Assembly: GCA_002633005.1 (NCBI GenBank)
Contig: NMRA01001107.1
Span: 1 to 54,226, forward strand
DNA from: Phoronis australis
Lineage: Eukaryota > Animalia > Phoronida
Direction: 5' to 3'
Length of the DNA: 54,226 nucleotides
The notes under the pieces were generated by a model that made no database searches, was not told the origin of the DNA, and saw only the letters and a list, made by a program, of their open reading frames with translations. The position numbers and the translations under genes were made by a program. Shown here one piece after another: positions 12,505-24,329 of this stretch (its first letter is position 1; each line of letters starts with the position of its first letter).

Positions 12505-13830
12505 GAATTGACGTTAAAGACAACATGTTGACTACGTTTAAATCATATCTCTTAGAGAACTGCCAGGTTGTATCCCTTGGTGGACATCTGTCTGAGTCCC
12601 GAGGTATCACACACAGTGTTCCCCAGGGATCCATCCTGGGACCTCTGCTGTTGTTACTTTTTATAAATGATCTCTCTTTAGTCTGCGAAAACACGGTTGA
12701 CATGTATGCAGATGACACTACTTTGTCTGTTGTGGCAAACTCGCTGATCGCTGTAAAGGACAGACTCCAGTATGATCTGGATAAGGTTGCTACCTGGTGT
12801 ACTGATAATAAAATGGTAATTAATGCTGAAAAAACAAAGTGTACGAGTATTGCCACAGAGCAACGGCATAGTAGAAGTAATCTTGAGCTTAACCTTGCTA
12901 TTTCCAATGTACACCTCAAATATGTTGACAGTGAAAAGTTATTAGGTGTTACTGTAGACAAGACCCTCAGCTGGTCTAGCCATACAAATGGGACTGTGTC
13001 CAAAATTAGGCAGCGCCTTGGTCTTCTCCGGCGTATATCACCATTTCTTCCCACAGAACGGCGTCTGCAATATTTCAGCGCTTGTGTATTCCCTCTGTTC
13101 GTTTATTGTAGTAGTAGTCGGTCAGGATGCAATGCGAAATTAGTTTCCTCTTTATTGAAGGCTCAAAAGCAGGCGTCCAGACTAGGTGTGCCTTTTGACA
13201 TTCCGTCAACTCATATCTTTAATAGACTGAGGTGTCTCCCTATTGACAAAAATTTTATATATAGGCGTCTGTGTATGATGCATAGGTGCTTTCACGGTAA
13301 TGTACCGACTTATCTATCTCATAATCTCATACTTGTTCGAAATAGCCACCAGATCAGGACAAGATTTTCTGCCTCAAACAATTTGGTTTTGCGCAGACAC
13401 AGAACATCGCTTTATTCTAAGTCCGTCTTTATTCAAACAGTGGAATAATTTGCCTAATAGTCTTAAGGATGCTGATTGTTATGATAATTTCAGACACCAC
13501 CTCATCAGTTACCTGTGGTCGTCATAGATGTCCCTCCTTCTTGTCTTTCCAATATATTTACCAAATTTTTTATTTATTTATTTATTTATTTACCTTTAAT
13601 TCAATTTGTTTATCCAATTTGTAAATACTATTTTATTTAATGTATCTTATTGTATCTTAATTTAATCTGTTTATCTAACTTAATTTAATTAATTTAAATT
13701 TCTTACTGCAGAGGACCATGCTGGATATTAGCCTTTGGCTAAAGCATGTCTTACATTTATTGTATTTTTATCCTCTTTAAATAAAGTTTATTATTATTAT
13801 TGTTGTTATTATTGTTATTGTTGTTGTTAC
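12505..13830 (+). mobile_element. 5'-truncated CR1/L2-group LINE (RT C-terminal half, 3' UTR, simple-repeat tail)
   Basis: ORF 12525-13448 has VPQGSILGPLL and YADDTT RT motifs and EKLLGVTVDKTLSW. It continues by frameshift into QWNNLP. AATAAA at ~13780 followed by a (TAT/TGT)n tail. Confidence 0.92.
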
Positions 13831-15700
13831 TATTTCGAAAAAATCACAATAGGGTACGTGTATTATAACTGTCTCAATCTTTTTCAATGTCACATTAAAC
13901 TAGAGATCATGAACTGAAGATGCACGGTGAACTACAAAACAGAAGAGTCAAACACAAGGTACATTCAAGCCACACGGGTGCCACAAGTCAATCTGCTCAT
14001 CTCTGCATCAATGTTATCAGTTAAATATCAAGTAAAATCACGCCCCCTTTTAACAGCACCTCAGTTTACACAACTTCTGGCAATTTTTAAATCCCAGACA
14101 TTCATGAGTGAGAATATTTGAATCATCTCGTGAATGGTGTTGCCGCCGCACTCCTTCCTCTCCCCATTGACAAGCTCATCATCAGTCTTCGACTTCACTG
14201 GCTATTTGTTTTTTCCTTTTGCTACCACAATTTTCCAAAAAGATTCGAAACTCGCTTTCATCTGCTGCAGCAATTTGTTTACCGCTGGCTGACGCGCCAC
14301 ATGGAACAACTGCTGGGTGAGTCTTCAGTTTAGAACCCCTTGTTCCTAGTGGTTTCGTCTAAAATTAGATGTCTGTATTTCAAAACCCTGATAGGGTGTA
14401 CCTTCACATCGTTGGTAACATGTTCGTTGAAGCTCGCCTCACACTGAACTTGTTTCCTGAAATGAAAATAAATTCATTTGTGAAAATATTTATATTAACT
14501 AAAATAGTATGCTTGATGTATACATGTAGGGCTCGTGCCGATTTACTGGTAATATGCTATGTTGTTTGATACGAAAGTAATACAGTAATGACACAAAATG
14601 TGATTAATTCATAGCACCGCACTTCTTTTGTAGCCTTTTTCACGTTTATAAGTAAAAAGTTCATTATTGTTCGACACATCACGATGCGTTCCCGATCGCA
14701 TAAACGAAACACAAATTTGCGTTCCCGATCGCTTATCTTTGCGTTCTCGATCGCATCTTTCAAAAGAAAGATGTCGAAAACTCAGAGTTGATAAAACTAC
14801 AAAAAACAAGCGTTGTGCTATATTTTCACACGTCATTTCTTCATAACTTCATGGTCAATTTATTGATTTAGTACCAAAAATAACCGCAATTTGCCAAATT
14901 GACATACAAATCACCTTCGGCTCATGCGATGCCTCGGTTAACGTAACTTTTATCCAATAATTGAAAGAGACACTAGCCTAAACCTCTACCTGCCCTTCCT
15001 CAATGTGTTACGCGTTGATCTCATGCCTCCGTTTTTACAATTTGAAGTAAAAACAACGAAAGTTCATCAAATTTACTCACCCTTGCCTGGCTTCGCTTCT
15101 CGCGCTAAATTTCGTTCTCGATCGCCTTCCGGGCGTTCTCGATCGCTGGTAGGTAGGGTGTTAGAGGGCATAGAACATTAAGGCCTGCCATAGGAGACCA
15201 GACGGCGACGATCAATTCTGGCTCATGATTGGTCGTGGTTTTGATAAGGAGTGGCAGTGTTTGTAACGTGCACTGTTACAGAAAATGTGGCCGGTAATCC
15301 AGAGCTGAAATATTTTGTGTGTGTCCAAACTGAACCGACATGGAACGTTGGTCTCTCATATACAACAACTTTGTGTGGTCCAACAAGACAGCACTGGGCG
15401 GAAAGCCGAAGCGAACTGTAGCCCTCTCATGTCCATTGAGGTGCAAGCAAATTGTAGCCGTGGAGTGTCTGTTGAAGAACAGGACTATAGAGATGGCTCA
15501 TGGATTTCTAAGCGACTTGTGTCTTTGTACTAATCGCGGTTTCAATTTCTCAAGAAGCGAGGTCGGCGAAGAAACATACTATTGGATTGAAGTTAATGGG
15601 TTCAAGTTAAACCTTGGATCAGATAAAGCCTAGAGAGAGCTGGAGTGTACCTAAATCAGTTGGACTGAGTTGGAATTATATCGGTTGGAAAAACATTTAC

Positions 15701-15802
15701 CTGTATCACGTTTGAACTTGACCACTTCGAGATTAAGTAAGGCCCCTTCTGCTGCTTTACTTATTTCTGTGTTCTTCCCTCCATCTTTCAAGCGTTTTAA
15801 CG
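15701..15802 (-). CDS. ARM-TIR gene, coding exon 2 (last ARM helices and linker)
   Basis: Bounded by tttcag| and |gtaaat; 102 nt, phase 1-1. Encodes (A)LKRLKDGGKNTEISKAAEGALLNLEVVKFKRDT, in frame with the flanking exons. Confidence 0.88.
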
Positions 15803-16701
15803 CTGAAACATATAACAAACTTGAGTAAATTGTGACATAGGTTAATCCGGTATAGACAACTGGCCTTCCCGCGGCGACCACCAATTTACCACCGCTCCGC
15901 CTCCCACGCCGTCACCAATTTTGCGCCACGCCTTGGTCGCCATTAATTTCAAGCCAGCCGCTCGAGGTGCGAGGTGCCGGGGATACATAAAAATTAAAGC
16001 TTTGTCCCACATCCTAACATTCATCTACGATTCTCTAATTCTTCAACACTCCTTTCCACCACACCAGTTGACTTCCTTTGTCGTACTGTTCTTCCGACTG
16101 AACACACCATGCATGCTCATTACATCCAGCTCTCCTGTCACGATTTTACTAGCTAAAACCCATGAACAATTTTTACCCGATGTAGCTTCAAATACAATTT
16201 TTATACCGTACTTGCATATGGAGCAATCTGAAGCTAGTTCACACTAAAAGGAGGCGAAAGTAAGGTTGGTAAATGTCATTTATTAATGACGGTACAATAT
16301 GACACAATACAAACAAATATACTGCGCTAAAAACGGCACGATACGCCCATCCAAAAGAATTTATACTCACTTTCTTCAAGGTTCAGTGGTTATTTAAAGA
16401 AAATTGTTATTAACAGAGGGAAAAATGCAACATGTTTGTAAAATTTAGATAACTTTTACTGTTTTGTTCAAGTCACTCTACTATCTTTGTAACGATCACA
16501 AAACGTTTCTTCAATCTCGCTTCAGCCGATAAATATAGCAAAATTCAAAACAAAATCTACTTTAAATTTAGACTGTCCCATCACGGACGAATATGTACAG
16601 AGATTCGTATGTCTTACTTCATGATTTCAAATAATGTTTTGGTACTCTTTTCTCATAATGGTCGTCTGATCTTTTGAAGTTACTCTACTTATCGGCCAAA
16701 T

Positions 16702-16845
16702 TTGTATGTATGTTTGTGTGTATGTACATATTTGTATGTATCTGTGTGTATATATGTGTGTGCGCGCGCGTGTGTTTGTGTGTGTGTGCGTGTATACGTG
16801 TGCGCGCGTGTGTGTATATATGTGTGTGAATATGTATGTAATATG
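16702..16845. repeat. Compound (TG)/(TA)/(CG) microsatellite
   Basis: Directly visible; explains the spurious ORFs 16627-16848 and 16706-16924. Confidence 0.95.
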
Positions 16846-17189
16846 CATTACTTTTATTAACTATTATTTATTGTCTGTTTTATTTAATCATGTTGTCTTA
16901 CTTTTAGTATCTTCTATTTACTGAATTTTATTATTTATTTTGTTTCATCAGTTGTATATTTTTACTGACAACTGATGGGACTACCTTCACTGTAAATATT
17001 ACAATAATAAACAAATAAATAGACAATATGCCAGCAATCAGACAAAGTACAAACACCTCCATGCAGATGAACTGGTTTTTACTCTCAACCTGTTCAGATG
17101 TCAAAAAGAGGAACATTTATTTCTGAGCAGCTTCTAGTGAATATCGAGTCGCCCATTTTGCCGAGATATATTTTAGCGTGTCGCTCTCG

Positions 17190-17246
17190 AAATAACACCA
17201 CCTAAATAACACCACGTAAATAACACCACGTAAATAACACCACGTA
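17190..17246. repeat. 14-bp tandem repeat (TAAATAACACCACG) x4
   Basis: Directly visible. Confidence 0.9.
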
Positions 17247-17262
17247 AGTAAAATCTTTTTAA

Positions 17263-17550
17263 AGGGACATTATCGGTTTTACAACCAAAGTGAATTTTTG
17301 GGATTATTGTAAAATGTGACAACTTTCTTGAAGTTATTAGCTTTGACCAGATCTCTAAAACAACAAATCCGTTGTTTTTGTGATTTCATTACAAATAGCT
17401 AAGTCTCGCCGTTTTCTGCCAGACGTTTTCAGAAATGAAGGTTGGTGACTTTACAAGTAATAGTTACATTCGTTTAAAATACTCTGCCAGCAGAACGTTT
17501 GACTGCGATTGCGAGGATTCCAAGTTAATTTTCTCACCCACAATGTCCGT
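17263..17550. mobile_element. Kolobok-type MITE with TTAA TSD
   Basis: TTAA|AGGGACATTATCGG on the left and CCCACAATGTCCGT|TTAA on the right (imperfect TIR). Confidence 0.6.
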
Positions 17551-18204
17551 TTAAACAATCTAAACGGTTGATCTTTGGGTTGTGATATAATAGATAACAT
17601 TTACTGGATACTTCGCAAGTAATACTTTAAACATCCTTTTAGCTTTAAGAATCAAAAATTGCGAAATCAATAACATCTTGATCTTCCAAAGATGTGTGTG
17701 CCCTCGTGGGTTCTATTATAAACTTTAATTTGGTGCCTCGAGGTGAACCACGGTAGCTCTCACTCAGCGCTAACACCACACTGTCAAAGTAGCAGGGTAT
17801 AATAGGGGAAAGTCGTAGCTAGCAGACAGTGGTGATCCTGCCTTTGCAAGTTCACTAACTAAAGGAAATAATAAAACTAGTAAAACTAAAACTGTTGTGT
17901 ACTTAGTCACACAATAACAGGATGTTTGTAGGTTGTTATTGTTTATGAGTTTAGTAGTTTAATTGGTATTATGTCATGCGATTCCTGGTATAGGAAGTGT
18001 GTCATAGGCAACGCATCATATGTTGTTATGTAGTTGTGTGTATATACATTGTTGTGATGTGTAGAATAAATCAGTTCAGTGTTCACTTCAATTCTGTTCG
18101 TTTCACTGCGTAGTTCATGGAGTGTCGACTTTATTTGACAAAGTAAGATACACAACACTCTAAAACAACGAGCGTCGGTATTAAGATATATTGAAATATT
18201 CCCC

Positions 18205-18235
18205 ACGTTTCGAGCGATGCGCTCTTTGTCAAGGG
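18205..18235 (-). other. Degenerate hammerhead-ribozyme-like motif of Penelope-type repeat ends
   Basis: Minus strand CCCUUGACAAA-GAGCG-CAU-CGCUC-GAAACGU: perfect stem II followed by GAAAC, but the CUGANGA core is altered. Confidence 0.45.
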
Positions 18236-18521
18236 CAGGCTACAGGCTGCTGAGTACATGTAGATAGATGTAAAAGAAAATCACACGGCATTCCAGCATC
18301 TATTAGAACTAAATGAAAGATCACCCCATGCCTGTCTGAATTGCAGGTGTAGGAACCACCGGTGAAACATGTCGAGACAGGGAACGAGGCTCTACTTTGA
18401 CTTTTTCTGATAGACGGATAAGTCACATTTGGTAGTGTGATATCAGTCATCCAAAGCAGAATGACACCAACCAATAAAAATAAATAATGTACACTTACAT
18501 TTCCAACCAACACATGGCCTG

Positions 18522-18922
18522 GGCCCGGTCTCCAATCTTTTTACTCGAAATGGAACTTGAAATTAGGTTTGGCATTTTCTACTCAACTTTTGGGCGAACT
18601 CAAGATAAGTGTCTATTATTCTATGCTCGAGTACACAATAACTTACGTAGATAATTTATTGCCCTTAGTTCACAGTTTGTAAACCCAATATTAAAGCAAT
18701 AAGTTCGAGTTTGAACTCGAAATTTCGAATTTTTACTCGAGTTTGTAGCACGAATATAAGGGTCTTCAAGGGCAAACTTGAACTAGAAACTCCTATGCAT
18801 AAACTATAATGTATTCGAGCACAGTCTGATAACCACTTATCTTAAGTTCGCACAAAGGGAGCAGAGAAATTGCCAAAAATAGTTTCGAGTTCGTTTTGAG
18901 TACAAAGATTAGAGACCGGGTC
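18522..18922. mobile_element. PIF/Harbinger-type MITE with 3-bp CTG TSD
   Basis: CTG|GGCCCGGTCTCCAATCTTT ... AAAGATTAGAGACCGGGTC|CTG. Internal CTCGAA repeats. Confidence 0.8.
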
Positions 18923-18999
18923 CTGGATGGCGGGCCTTACACAAATCACAAAGCTCAAAAATGTCAATGAGAAACACGAGGCAAATGCAATGAAATTAC

Positions 19000-20230
19000 C
19001 TTTTAAGCAACCTTTTGCCTCTAGAATTAACTCCTTGTTTGAAGGGTAGAAGGAGAACGTCCACAGACCTTTCGCTGCTAGCAATACAACCTTGTCATCA
19101 GTCTTTGCAAGGCATTTGACGTACAGCGGAAGAAACCCAAGTTGAACAATGGTGTTACTGTTACTGTTGTTTATGGCCAGCTTGTTCAATCCTTCCAAGA
19201 GCTCAGAAACGGAAAATCCATCCCAACAGTTTTTAGGCGATGATACTGCGCCCTGTAGTAGTTCTTTCAGATATTTTATACTTTCTGTGGATGCGCTGAT
19301 TTTCTCTTTGTCATTTGCATCATGATCAATTGTATAAGACAAAATAAGGATAGCCACAGTTTTGAGCTTCACGTTCGTACTTTTGGTATAGTTTTGAACA
19401 ATTTTAACAGTCTTTTTACGTAACTCTTTGTTTAAAACTACCTGTCTGACAACATTATGCAGAATTGATAGGGCACTGGTGATGATGCAATGCATGTGTT
19501 TCGTTGTGGTAACTTTTCCTCCGTCAACCCTCTCAAATCGTAGTGCATCATCCCATTTATCGCTCTTTTCAATTTGTCGACGAAAGGCAGAACTGTCAAG
19601 CATTTCACCAACTTTAGCCACGACCTGAAAGTCCACTAGGCGATCACAAAATTCCTGTAAAGTATCTGAAGCATTCCACATTATGATCATCAATATAGAA
19701 AGACTGTCATACAGCTGTGCGTGTGATATTTCAAGTGTATCCCCAATTATGTAGCATTTCGTGTCGACCATTTCTTGCAAAAGTTTGCAGCATATGTCTT
19801 CTATGAAACCCATGTCAAGGAAAATCCAACATAGCTTTTTTCGTTTTTCAAACGGTTCAATGGTCGTGTATTTCACTAATTGTACCAAGAGTTCAAAATA
19901 ACCATCATTGTCATAGTTCATTTCTTTGAGCTCAGAAATGATCCGTGTCACCTGGTTATCATCAAATGTGACTGGGAACCTCGCCGATGGATTTAATATC
20001 ATGGCCATGAAGTTTATAACGGCTTCAAATTTCTCTTCGTCAGTGTCAGAATTTTCTTCAACGTCTTCAGATGGTTCCACATCAGAGCTAGTCTCTGTAT
20101 CATGTTTTACCCCACCAGCTGCAACAGTCTCCGACTTGATATGTACCACATCGCTCTTTCCGTCGGCTGGTTTGTCTCCTTCCATAAATTCAACACTCGT
20201 TGACTTGCAAACTAATGGAGCAATGCCCAT
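19000..20230 (-). CDS. ARM-TIR gene, coding exon 1 (acidic N-terminus + armadillo-like helical repeats); gene = join(20230-19000, 15802-15701, 6973-6848, 5348-5247, 2482-2294...)
   Basis: 1.2-kb open exon with acceptor tttacag| at 20291 and donor |gtaatt at 18999. Likely start ACCATGG at 20230. ARM-like motifs include IMWNASD, ALSILHN, ELLEGLNKLAINNSN and AAKGLWTFSF. Splices in frame to the TIR exons. Confidence 0.88.
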
Positions 20231-20460
20231 GGTAGTCCACACTTCTTTCCCACAGATGAGACCAGCACAAAAATAGTACACGACAATTCTTCTGTAAATA
20301 GAAATATCAGATTACTTTTGGGATGAAAAATTCACTTTACATTTTATCATTACTTTATTTTGTTGAATGTAAGAGGTCACCGACCGGCAATCGATAATAA
20401 CATAACTTTATAAACACTTACACAGCAATTACAGATTCAATGTTTCACTTCTGACCAGCA

Positions 20461-21430
20461 GTGCTCTTCGTATATACTTTGAAACGACCATTACTGTGGA
20501 ACCGCTACATAGACGACACTTTTGTCAAGACCCAGAAATACTACATTAGTGAATTTCTAGATGACATCAACTCTGTGGACCATCCCATCAAGTTTACCAT
20601 TGAGCACTCATCGGATGAAACATGGGTGCATATCAAAGAGGACGGCAACACGTATAGGTCACTATCTACCAGAAACCTACCCACACGCATCTGCACCTGA
20701 ATATCCGCTCGAACTATTATCTCCAACATAAAAGATCACTCGTGTGTACACTTATAGACAGAGCTGGACTATTAGTAACAAAAAAATGACAATCATCGGG
20801 AAAAAGACTAGAATTAAACATGTTACGTGACAGTGACTACTCCGGCCGACAGGACGTTCGATCCCAGACCCAATGTGTCTGTAAGAAGGCCGACCCTCTT
20901 GGAATCAACGTAGCCCTTCCGTACGTTCACAGACTCTCGGAAAAACTGTCTCACGTCTTCAGAGAACACCAGGTGGGCACCTACCACAAACCAGTCAACA
21001 CCCTACGGAGTGCCTTCGTCCACACCGAAAGACAACTCAAGACAACAACAAGGTATGAGGGGTGATATACAAGATTGAATGCCCTGAATGTCCTGCCAAA
21101 TATGTTAGTAAGACCGCTTGGAATCTAGACAACAGAGTAAAAGAACACTTTTAACATATCATCTGGCAACCCTACAGCATGCTGTAGAAGAACACCGTGT
21201 GGACACATCGCACATCATTTGCAGATCTGTAGTCAAAATACTATATTGGAATCGTAAAATCAGAGAAGTAATCGAGATCATGAGCAGTAAACCAAAATTG
21301 AACAGAGGCAGTATATATGAATTACCAGCTATCTGCCAGCGCCTCCTCGCAACCACCAAGGACACCACCATGTAACAAGAAAATTCTCGCCAGTACCCCG
21401 TCGAAGGGCCCAGGATGGGCTCGGCTAGGT
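20461..21430 (+). mobile_element. Decayed Penelope-like retroelement (RT C-terminus + GIY-YIG endonuclease)
   Basis: WNRYIDDTFV, IKFTIE, ALPYVHRLSEKL, HKPVNTLR and GVIYKIECPECPAKYV read across several frameshifts. The 3' GAAGGGCCC-AGGAT-GGGCTC hairpin near 21400 resembles a decayed hammerhead stem. Confidence 0.88.
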
Positions 21431-21519
21431 CCGCAAACACAAATAGGTAACTACTTGTACTTTGAAACGTTTTGTAAAGTTATTATTGCCTTCGAGGCCT
21501 GACATATCATTTTTCTTCC

Positions 21520-23360
21520 GTTTTCAATTTCTAATTGAAGAGTTGAAATCTGATATTCTCAATGTAAAATATCTGCTGCTGCATCAGCTTGCCACCTACG
21601 TATTCCTCTGTAAAATGCACATCTTTTTATTTGTATTTTCTACTACACACAACCAGCTCTGGAGATTAACATCTTTCAGCCTTTGTTTGAATTCTGACAA
21701 AAATACTGTTAATTACCTACTCCCTGGTTCAACCGCACATGACCTAAACAAGCTGTATACAACGCAGTGCAATACAGGTACACAAGTTATTATGACCGTG
21801 AGGATTTCCTCTAATATATCATCAAAAAACATTGTCTTGGAATTCTATCACTTTGCATTTTCATCATTGGTATCCCATGCCTGTGCTACATAGAATAAAG
21901 CAGATGCTCTCAATGTGTCAAACAGTCTAAATATTTATAGTAACTGTAAGTTTTCAACTAGGCATCATTGTAACACCATGTTTCTGTTCTCTTCAATTTT
22001 TCACCTTTCTTAAAAACAACAGTATTTGACTTCTGTTTACAGATTCCACTTCAAACATTTTCAATCTCAGGTTCAACTTGAATACCACTCCTCTTTCATT
22101 TTTCATGAACAATGATAAGCTCATTAGTGTCCTTTAACTTACTATTTTGTTCTATATGTATTTATCGAAACAAATGCCTTACTGAAGTCGATATAAGGAT
22201 TATAAAATGTTTTTGAGTTTTGTCTTGATGAATATTTTTTTATTCTATTTGTTAAGAATAAAAATGTTCTTTATCATTGAATGCCAGTAATTTATTTTCA
22301 TACACCTAGGATGTTAAGTAAAAACAGAACATTGAGCAGTGTAATACCTCTGTAGTTCCTACGTATAGCATCGGATGCATTACCAGGGAAATAGTATGCT
22401 GTAAGCAGTTAAAAAGTTTTCTGAGTAGACGTTTACTCTTGCCTATCAAAAATTTATAGAATGCTCGTAAAATTCCGCCTACACCTGGACTCTTACCGCT
22501 TTGCATACTTTAAACCGATTCAAGGATATCTTCTTCGGCAATATCCCTGCTAAGGTTATGTAGGACCCTATAAATGGCCAAATTTGGCTGACTTCAGAAC
22601 ATTATATCGATAAGGTCCCACATAATCTTAAATATCCTCAAATTCCTAATTTTCTTGTGTAGTTTGTGACCTCATATTCAAATGCCTACACCACCAGATG
22701 TTTTCGAAACTTGCGTTTTGCGTCTATTACAAAACTAGTGTATAATTTGGAAAAAACCCTTCAAATTCTCTTTCATATTTTTGAAGCGTTTTAACAAAAG
22801 CTATTATATGGTTTTTCTATTTCTGTGCGTACTTCATCTTCTGTTGATTTTAATCTGTGTTGTAGCACTTCAAAGGTTCGCTTTGGGCCTCGGCCTAAAT
22901 TCTATTTACTGTAGTTGGCCATTTCTCTAATGACGTCACTTTTCTCGTCATGCCTATAGGTTTCATTGATGACAACGTCGCCAAAAACATTTTGGTCTAC
23001 TTCTCTTTCTTGATCTTACTCAACATGATCTCACGCACTTTCTAAGAAATTCCTCAGTTATATGTTGACCAGGATCACTTAGAGACCTTATCCTGAAGGA
23101 TTAATCTAGTTATATACAAAATTAAGTAATATGTAACATAGTATCATGTTTTACTCTTTTCTGTTATCAATGTACAAGCCTTTTTGATTGCAATTTTTTA
23201 CCTTAGTCGCTGGAAATCAGAAACTCATGTACTCAAACATTCCGGTCTGTTTCCACGACCTGAGCTCTTCGTACGTCAGTACATGAATGATTCCTGAATG
23301 CCGGGCACGTTGTCATTGAAAACGTAGTGATACCACCTGAGCGTAAAATCGCTGCCATTT
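21520..23360 (-). pseudogene. Decayed non-LTR retrotransposon fragments (Tx1/L1-like and possibly RTE-like pieces)
   Basis: MQSGKSPGVGGILRAFYK at 22450-22506 matches the KSPGxDGxxxEFYK RT N-terminal motif. ASALFYVAQAW near 21880-21910 resembles RT C-terminal regions. Boundaries approximate. Confidence 0.5.
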
Positions 23361-24329
23361 TGTTTGGTTGTTTTTGATTCACAATATTACATACAAATGT
23401 GATTGTCTATTATCCAAATGCTTAGCTCTTGTACTTCTTTGCATCTCCCGAAGGTAGCTGCCCTAAATGCGAAGACTTCGCCAAATTTCAACAATGACAC
23501 ACACTATTACAATAAATTAGAGGCAGCTTTCTGGATTGGCAAGTGTGATCTTTTCATCGCAACACTGTGGAGCTAATGCAAAGTATCCACGGCTACAGCC
23601 AGCGCACTGCGTACTTTGGCAAATCGGCCACGGTTGAGTGGGCCGCTCAAAATGTAAAACGGTAGAAAAAATCCATTCAAAGTGATATAACAAAACAAAA
23701 TTTTCGATCTCAAATAGTGAGCTCGTCACCTGAATTGTAATAACGCGAACATGTGCTTGATTTTTGCCTGCACGCCACCACCAATGAGACGTTTCCCTCA
23801 CATTTGCCATGGGTCACTTTGCCGCGAAAGATAATCATTTTCTATGAATTGGGCTTTAATTTTCAATTATCAAACAAATTAAATTTAACTTGTTAAATGC
23901 ATTTATCGTCATTATTTTGACACTTGTCTCTTTATTTTGATACTAGTCCTTAGGGTTTATTTTGCATTACTCATCTATATGTATAGCCTCAAGGGCCTAC
24001 TTTTGTATTCACACGTTTCTCTACGCGACTCCTGATTGGTCGCCCATATTTCCTTTGTTCAGTTCAACGTGGTCTCTCATTCAGCCACCTACCTCGTCGT
24101 CTACAAGACCTACGCTCGTTCTTTTCATTTTTTCCCCACCCCCCATCCCGGGTGTCGGTTCCACTTTCTCTTTGCTCATATACATTTCCTGTTAGGTTTT
24201 TTCAAGTTTTGTGTTCATGTTCTGTACTTTTCCTTTAAGCCCTTCAGGCAGTTCTTTGTTTGGCGTTTTGTCCATCTTGCAGAGTCTTAGTTAGTTTTAT
24301 CTATTTACGTCATAATAAATATAGATTAT

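Larger units (their letters stand above)
9469..15160. mobile_element. Non-autonomous DNA transposon with CAC termini, ~45-bp imperfect TIRs and a 5-bp TSD (TTAGA); Transib/CMC-like
   Basis: Left end CACCCCGGCCAACCCGCGATCGAGAACGCCTGGAAGGCGATCG; reverse complement of right end CACCCTACCTACCAGCGATCGAGAACGCCCGGAAGGCGATCG. TTAGA at 9464-9468 and 15161-15165. Subterminal GCGATCG(A/T/G)GAAC motifs at ~9895-9960 and inverted at ~14685-14755. Confidence 0.85.

Noticed and set aside
12377-13054. 225-aa minus-strand ORF and other antisense ORFs over the LINE, KH, ARM and transposase regions
   Set aside because: Shadow ORFs opposite real coding frames, with no independent motifs.
18842-18999. C-terminal tail of the 479-aa ORF (GNFIAFASC...)
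   Set aside because: Lies beyond a good splice donor at 18999 and runs into a MITE; it is intron read-through.
20200-20230. N-myristoylation signal at MGIAPLVC
   Set aside because: Gly2 is present but there is no Ser/Thr at position 6, and Pro5 is unfavourable. The start codon itself is only inferred.
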